Positions 58,212 through 64,000 of a DNA stretch of 64,000 bases are shown here, piece by piece. Position 1 is the stretch's first letter, and each line of letters starts with the position of its first letter. Position numbers and translations under genes: made by a program. The stretch comes from Pseudomonadota bacterium (lineage in GTDB: Bacteria > Bdellovibrionota_F > JAHFAK01 > JBDREC01): NCBI GenBank assembly GCA_043820105.1, contig JBDREC010000049.1, positions 1 to 64,000 on the forward strand, read 5' to 3'. The notes under the pieces are model-generated. The model saw nothing but the letters and a program-made list of their open reading frames with translations, ran no database searches and was not told the DNA's origin.

Positions 58212-59273
58212 TTGCAAAGGCAAGGTGTAATTGAAAGATACAAATCCTATCTTCCTGTTTCAGAAGAAACTCCAATTATAAGTCTTTTAGAAGGTTCAAC
58301 ACCTTTAATTTATGCAAAAAACATTTCAGAAATTCTAGGGAATGGAATAAGACTTTATTTAAAATATGAAGGCCTTAATCCTTCTGGATCTTTTAAGGAT
58401 AGAGGAATGACAATGGCCATTTCAAAGGCTTGTGAAGCCGGAAGTGTGGCAACAATTTGTGCTTCAACTGGAAACACATCAGCTTCTGCGGCTGCTTATT
58501 GTGCTTCCGCCAAGATTAAATCTTATGTGATAATTCCTAAAGGCTCCATTGCTATGGGAAAACTTGCTCAGGCTATCATTCATGGGGCAAAGGTTTTTGC
58601 AGTTAAAGGAAATTTTGATGATGCCTTGAATTTGGTTAAAAAAATTGCAGGTGAATATCCAGTCACATTAGTTAATTCATTAAATCCATATAGAATTGAA
58701 GGTCAGAAATCAGGAGCTTTTGAAATTTGTGATGAGCTTGAAGGAAGTCCTGATATTCATGTGATTCCAGTTGGAAACGCTGGAAATATAACTGCTTACT
58801 GGAAGGGCTATAAAGAGTATTTAGAAAAAGGAAAAATTCATAAACTACCCAGGATGTTTGGATTTCAAGCCAAGGGCGCTTCCCCGATTGTTGAAGATAG
58901 AATTTTTGAAAAACCTGAAACCATTGCAACAGCTATAAGAATCGGAAACCCAGCTTCGTGGAAACAGGCAGTTGCAGCCAGAGATGAATCCGGTGGCTTA
59001 ATTGAAGCTTGTAGTGACGAAGAAATCCTTGAAGCTTATAAGCTTTTAACCCAAAAAGAGGGGGTATTTGCAGAACCTGCTTCAGCCATTACAATAGCCG
59101 GGCTTTTAAAATTAAAACGAGAAAACAGGCTTCCCAAGGATGTTACAATATCAGCTACCTTAACTGGTCACGGCTTAAAAGATCCTGATTGTGCTATTAA
59201 TAATTCTTTAAAACCTGAGATTATTGAAAACGATTATGAACAATTAAAAAGGATCATTGATGCAGACATTTAA
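58212..59273 (+). CDS. thrC: threonine synthase
   Basis: NPSGSFKDRG, CASTGNTS, PVGNAGN, AEPASA, TGHGLKD. Confidence 0.95.
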   Translation: MQRQGVIERYKSYLPVSEETPIISLLEGSTPLIYAKNISEILGNGIRLYLKYEGLNPSGSFKDRGMTMAISKACEAGSVATICASTGNTSASAAAYCASAKIKSYVIIPKGSIAMGKLAQAIIHGAKVFAVKGNFDDALNLVKKIAGEYPVTLVNSLNPYRIEGQKSGAFEICDELEGSPDIHVIPVGNAGNITAYWKGYKEYLEKGKIHKLPRMFGFQAKGASPIVEDRIFEKPETIATAIRIGNPASWKQAVAARDESGGLIEACSDEEILEAYKLLTQKEGVFAEPASAITIAGLLKLKRENRLPKDVTISATLTGHGLKDPDCAINNSLKPEIIENDYEQLKRIIDADI

Positions 59274-60162
59274 AATTAAGGTTCCAGGATCTTCAGCTAA
59301 CATTGGTCCTGGCTTTGATTGTGTGGGTCTTGCTATTTCTGTTTATTTAGAAGTTGAATGCATTCTCAATGACAATCAGGATTTATTTGCTTTTAATCTT
59401 AAAGGTGAGGGCTCAGATATTGTTAAGGATTTAGAATGTAATTTTATTTATAAATCTTTATACCATTCTTTGGCAGACAAGTCTCTGATTAACAAAATAA
59501 CCATAAATGCTAAAAATGAGATTCCCTTACAAGCTGGAATGGGTAGCTCTGGAGCTGCAATCGTAGCTGGTGTTGCTTTAGCCTTTTTACTTGAGTCAAA
59601 GGCATTTGATAAAAATTTTATTTTTAAAAAGGCCCTAGAAATTGAAACCCATCCTGATAATATTATAGCTTCGATTTTTGGTGGTTTTAATATTGTTACA
59701 GACCCTGAAAACATTAAATTTAAAAAATTAGTTTTAGATGATGACCTTTATTTAACATGTATAATTCCACAACTTCAAACATCCACAAAAGCAGCTAGAG
59801 AAGTGCTTCCAAGTCAATTTTCAATGAAGGAAACAGTTCTAAACACAAGTCACATGGCTTATTTGACAGCCTCACTTCTTACGAAAGATTACAATTCAAT
59901 TAAAGAAGGACTGAAATATAATTTTCATGAAGAAGCACGCGCAAAATTAATTCCAAATTATTTTGAGATTTTGCAGGAATTACGACAAAGCAAGGAGGCT
60001 TATGGTGTTTATATTAGTGGCTCAGGTCCTGTTATCGCCGCTTTTTGCAATAAAAAGTCAAGAATAGGTGAGTTAGGAGTTTCCTTGTTTTATGACAAAA
60101 ATATAAATGCAAGGTTTGAATTAATAAGCCCAGATAATGAGGGTTTAATTATAAATAATTAA
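59257..60162 (+). CDS. thrB: homoserine kinase
   Basis: VPGSSANIGPGFD, GMGSSGAA, HPDN, ISGSGP. Confidence 0.93.
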   Translation: MMQTFKIKVPGSSANIGPGFDCVGLAISVYLEVECILNDNQDLFAFNLKGEGSDIVKDLECNFIYKSLYHSLADKSLINKITINAKNEIPLQAGMGSSGAAIVAGVALAFLLESKAFDKNFIFKKALEIETHPDNIIASIFGGFNIVTDPENIKFKKLVLDDDLYLTCIIPQLQTSTKAAREVLPSQFSMKETVLNTSHMAYLTASLLTKDYNSIKEGLKYNFHEEARAKLIPNYFEILQELRQSKEAYGVYISGSGPVIAAFCNKKSRIGELGVSLFYDKNINARFELISPDNEGLIINN

Positions 60163-60174
60163 AGGAGTAAAGCA

Positions 60175-61416
60175 ATGGATTCAAAACTATTTATTCCAAC
60201 AAAGAAATTGGATGAAGTAAATCTATTATTTAAAGATGAAAAAAATCCAATTCTTTGCAAATTACAAGCTCTTGTTGATAAATATGGTGGTCCTGAAAAA
60301 ATAAACTCTGATGCACTCAATGCTTCTAAGCTTGAAGTGCGCCTTGAAAAACTTAGAGAAATGAATTCTCCTTATTTAAAAGATCTTGAATGGTTGATTA
60401 ATGAACGTGAAAAATCTTCATTTATTTCTATGAAAGCTTATTTGGAAAAACATAATCAAGGACCCATGATTAATGAAAATCCAGTTACTTTGGAAATTAG
60501 CGCCTTACAGTACTTTCCCTGGATTATCTCTCAGGCAAAAAAAGCTATAGCAAATAATGAATTAATGCCAGGTCGGTTTATCCGTGTTAGAAATATGAAG
60601 GAACAAGAAAATGATCTGGGTGACTTGATAGCAACTCATGCCGCAGTTTCAGTTGTTGGGGCTTCTATTGTCGAAACCTTGGATACAAAAGGTGTGGATG
60701 GATCCAACGTTCATCTCGGAGGACCTGCAACAATTACTGGTTACTTTGGTGGCCCTGGTCAACCAAATCATTATCCTTTAAAGTGGGCTGATGAATTTTT
60801 GTATTATTATACGAATTATGGTGTGCAGCAAGTGCTTAACATTAATCCAGGAACTGTACTTCTTGGGTATATGCTTCATAAGCTTGGTGTTGATATTGAA
60901 TTCAAAATTTCAGTGTTCATGGGAAATGATAATCCTTTTTCAGTTCTTTGGACACTTTTGACAGCTAAGCTTTTTTCAAGAGAAGATGGGACCACACCCT
61001 TAATTGGCTTTAATTTTTCAAACTCTGTTAATAATGAAACTATTGAGCTTAGCTCTTATTTAAGGAAGTTACTTGTCTTTGAAGATAATATACGTTTTGA
61101 ACACCATATTACAGAAACACAAAAAAGCATTGTAAGGCAACCCTATGATAGGACTGCTGAGTTACTTGAGATTGCCAAAATTGTACCAAACATAAGTGCA
61201 AAACATGAGGGTGGAATAGTTGAAATTGATTCAGAAAGAGAACATCCTTCTGATATTCTGGATTATTTTAGAACAAAGGAAGATATTATTTCGTCTAATG
61301 AAATGGGAAAATTAGAACTTAATTACTTAGATAAACATGATGCTTTGAACAGGTCAGCTCGTGAACTTATTAAAAGTGGCACTCCTGTAATAGCAGCATG
61401 GAATTTACATAAGTAA
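60175..61416 (+). CDS. conserved hypothetical protein
   Basis: 413-aa ORF with AAGGAG RBS; enzyme-like composition; family not recognised. Confidence 0.75.
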   Translation: MDSKLFIPTKKLDEVNLLFKDEKNPILCKLQALVDKYGGPEKINSDALNASKLEVRLEKLREMNSPYLKDLEWLINEREKSSFISMKAYLEKHNQGPMINENPVTLEISALQYFPWIISQAKKAIANNELMPGRFIRVRNMKEQENDLGDLIATHAAVSVVGASIVETLDTKGVDGSNVHLGGPATITGYFGGPGQPNHYPLKWADEFLYYYTNYGVQQVLNINPGTVLLGYMLHKLGVDIEFKISVFMGNDNPFSVLWTLLTAKLFSREDGTTPLIGFNFSNSVNNETIELSSYLRKLLVFEDNIRFEHHITETQKSIVRQPYDRTAELLEIAKIVPNISAKHEGGIVEIDSEREHPSDILDYFRTKEDIISSNEMGKLELNYLDKHDALNRSARELIKSGTPVIAAWNLHK

Positions 61417-61425
61417 AATCAAAAT

Positions 61426-61599
61426 TTATTCTTCAGAAATTGCGTCATCTGGGCATTCATCAGCACAAACACCACAATCTGTACATAGATCAGCGTCAAT
61501 CAATCTTTTTGCATCTTTTTCTGTAATTGCTTCAACAGGACATGCTGGTTCACAATCACCACAATTATTACATTTTTCTTTATCAATTACATAAGCCAT
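61426..61599 (-). CDS. 2[4Fe-4S] ferredoxin, 57 aa (not in ORF track)
   Basis: Hand translation MAYVIDKEKCNNCGDCEPACPVEAI...CTDCGLCADECPDDAISEE; AAGGAG RBS. Confidence 0.93.
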   Translation of the reverse strand: MAYVIDKEKCNNCGDCEPACPVEAITEKDAKRLIDADLCTDCGVCADECPDDAISEE

Positions 61600-61775
61600 G
61601 ATATTCTCCTTGTTTTAAGGTTTTAATTAATGAAAATATTGAAAACTATATTGAAAAATTAAGCAAATAAGTCAAGAAAGATTAGGTTTTGAAAATTAAA
61701 TAAATATTATTCTTTACAGAACATTTTTTTTTATTTATTAACATTCATAAGTAAAGGTTTTTATGAGGTATTATA

Positions 61776-62009
61776 ATGGCAGACAAAAGTGCTAGAGTAC
61801 CAGACAATGTTGGTGGCAAGTATTACGTTGATGAACATTGCATAGTATGTGATGCTTGTGTAACCGTTGCTCCAAATAACTTTAAACTGGATGAAGATAA
61901 AGGCTATGCCTATGTCATAAAGCAACCTGAAGACAGCGGTGAACAATCCCGCTGCAAAGAAGCTATGGATGGTTGCCCAGTGGAAGCAATAGGAGATGAT
62001 GGTAGTTGA
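61776..62009 (+). CDS. single-cluster ferredoxin
   Basis: YYVDEHCIVCDAC...AP...CPVEAIG. Confidence 0.9.
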   Translation: MADKSARVPDNVGGKYYVDEHCIVCDACVTVAPNNFKLDEDKGYAYVIKQPEDSGEQSRCKEAMDGCPVEAIGDDGS

Positions 62010-62018
62010 GGAGATTAA

Positions 62019-62942
62019 ATGGTTCATAAGGTTATTATTCTTGGTTCAGGTCCAGCGGGTTTAACTGCTTCTATTTATTGCGGAAGAGCAAGATTAGAAC
62101 CCATCTGTATTGCCGGGTCAATGCCTGGTGGACAATTAATGTTTACAACAAAAGTTGAAAATTTTCCTGGTTATCCTGATGGAATAATGGGTCAGGATTT
62201 GATGGAGAATATGGAAAAGCATGCAACCAATTTTGGGACAAAGTTTATCAAGAAAAATGCAACAAAATTAGATTTGTCCAAGCGTCCATATAAGGTTTTT
62301 GTTAGTGATGAAGAATATGAAACTGACAGTATAATTATTGCCACAGGAGCTTTTTCAAAAATGCTAGGTCTTCCCAATGAAAAAGATTTAATTGGAAAGG
62401 GTTTATCAACTTGCGCTGTTTGTGATGGTTTCTTTTTTAGAGGCAAAGACGTTGCAATCGTGGGCGGTGGAGATTCAGCTCTTGAAGAAGCACTATTTTT
62501 ATCTAGATTTGCTAATAAAGTTACCATTATCCATAGAAGAGATGCCTTTAGAGCTTCAAAGGCAATGCAAGAAAGAATAAAAAGAGACTCAAAAATTGAA
62601 GTATTATGGAATAGTACTATTTCTGGGTATTTGGGAGACGAATACCTGGAAGGTCTAAAAATAAAAAATGTAAAAACAAGCGAAGAAAAAGACCATAATT
62701 TTGATGGTGTCTTTTTGGCAATTGGTCATATTCCTAACACTGATGTTTTTAAAGATTCGCTGGAAACTGATGATGAAGGTTATATAAAGGTTAATAATGT
62801 TACAAAAACTAATGTGTTAGGTGTTTTTGTAGCTGGAGATGTTAAAGACAGACATTATAAGCAAGCAATAACTGCAGCCGGCTCAGGTTGCCAAGCGGCC
62901 CTTGATTGCGAGCGTTGGCTTGAAGAAGAATGCCTTTGTTAG
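62019..62942 (+). CDS. trxB: thioredoxin-disulfide reductase
   Basis: GSGPAG, VENFPG, CAVC, GGGDSA.EEA, HRR, QAITAAGSG. Confidence 0.96.
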   Translation: MVHKVIILGSGPAGLTASIYCGRARLEPICIAGSMPGGQLMFTTKVENFPGYPDGIMGQDLMENMEKHATNFGTKFIKKNATKLDLSKRPYKVFVSDEEYETDSIIIATGAFSKMLGLPNEKDLIGKGLSTCAVCDGFFFRGKDVAIVGGGDSALEEALFLSRFANKVTIIHRRDAFRASKAMQERIKRDSKIEVLWNSTISGYLGDEYLEGLKIKNVKTSEEKDHNFDGVFLAIGHIPNTDVFKDSLETDDEGYIKVNNVTKTNVLGVFVAGDVKDRHYKQAITAAGSGCQAALDCERWLEEECLC

Positions 62943-63013
62943 TTTTGATTTAAAATTTAGTTACTTTTTCTTGACACTTTTTGAAAAAAATAGATATTCA
63001 ACACACAAAATAT

Positions 63014-63088
63014 GGTGGGTGTAGCTCAGCTGGTTAGAGCATCAGATTGTGGTTCTGAGGGCCGGGGGTTCGAATCCCCTCACTCACC
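63014..63088 (+). tRNA. tRNA-His(GUG)
   Basis: Cloverleaf with G-1:C73 identity, anticodon arm TCAGA-TTGTGGT-TCTGA, TTCGAAT T-loop; CCA not encoded. Confidence 0.96.
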
Positions 63089-63092
63089 TTAT

Positions 63093-63134
63093 AAAACAAA
63101 AGCCCTGAAGTGGAAACTTTAGGGCTTTTGTTTT
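63093..63134 (+). terminator. intrinsic terminator after tRNA-His
   Basis: AAAACAAAAGCCCTGAAG-TGGAAA-CTTTAGGGCTTTTGTTTT. Confidence 0.85.
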
Positions 63135-63284
63135 ATCGTTCAATACTAAAAACCCAAACTCAATACTTCCCTTTCCTATTGAACTTGATTTATAAACTCG
63201 ATCTAAGATTTTGATTTTTATGTGTATTTTTTGAAAGTTATTATTTAAATTTGATAAATAGGCTGTATTTTAAAAAAATACTAT

Positions 63285-63719
63285 TTGGAAAAAGTCTTTA
63301 CGATTTTCAAATTATTTAGTATAGATTGTATTAGAGATGAAAATATTGCAAAAACAATTGTAAAGCTATTCAAAGAACATAATCGCATTTTAATTGTCTA
63401 TGGGGCAGGGCATTTAATTGAGCTGGATAGACTACTTGTTAAAATGCTTGCTAAACCGGTGCTTGAAGTTGCAAATCAATCTAAATTTAACCCAGTAAGT
63501 GATAAAGATTTTAGAAATAATAAAATACATAATAAGAACTACAAAAACAGTTTAATAATCCAAATAAAACAATCTAGCCTAGATATCTTCATCATAAAAA
63601 ACGAGAATAAATATTTTGTTAGGCACTATAAATACTATGATTTATTGGGAAAGAAACTCAATGAGTTTGAATTTGAATCGCTTCGAGAATTAAATGAGGA
63701 TTTGAAAAAGTGGTATTAA
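63285..63719 (+). pseudogene. TraB/GumN-like C-terminal fragment
   Basis: RDENIA...ILIVYGAGHL motif near the N-terminus with no upstream domain; no RBS. Confidence 0.4.
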
Positions 63720-64000
63720 TAAGCTAATTATTTAAGCAGCTAACAATTCAAGCACCTTCCCAATTTCATTATAAACCTCATATCTCAAAAAGTTGCGATA
63801 TTCGTCAACAAGGGGACCTTTTTCGTGGTTCTAGGTCTAGTTGCTAGGTCTAGAGCTTATTTCAAATACTTTTCATTATTATTTTAATTTATCTAGAAAT
63901 TAAAAAGTAATTTTATATTTTGTTTGAGGGCCTATTCCTAATTTTTGAATGAAAGATTGTTCAAGAAGAATGTTGATTGTATGAATTATTGTTCTTCTAG

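Noticed and set aside
63014-64000. Integrative element at tRNA-His
   Set aside because: No integrase or duplicated tRNA 3' end within the window; only a gene fragment follows.

Overview
AT-rich bacterial chromosomal window. The sigma-54 usage, kinase-bEBP fusion, (Gly-Asp)n lipoproteins and mreBCD style suggest a Bdellovibrionota/deltaproteobacterial-type organism (inference). Housekeeping blocks: rmuC, tpx, fbp-tatD-tcdA, mreBCD, rlmE, thrS-infC-rpmI-rplT, thrC-thrB, two ferredoxins, trxB and tRNA-His. IS remnants occupy the first 1.6 kb. The most interesting element is a candidate RiPP system at 15.2-19.5 kb. Three tiny ORFs missing from the ORF track (23, 26 and 27 aa) share a Lys-rich N-terminus and the motif [KR]A[LI]RPxY-hydrophobic-hydrophobic-L-(x)-D. 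They lie upstream of a radical SAM/SPASM enzyme, an HExxPGHH metallopeptidase-like protein and an MFS exporter. The locus has a sigma-54 promoter, and next door is a ~1960-aa fusion of a dead recombinase, kinase, AAA, TPR, GAF and enhancer-binding domains. A second notable system (4.6-10.5 kb) is a duplicated methyltransferase plus membrane class III cyclase pair. The two cyclases have lost complementary catalytic residues, which predicts an obligate heterodimer. All family assignments come from motif recognition only; no database searches were run.
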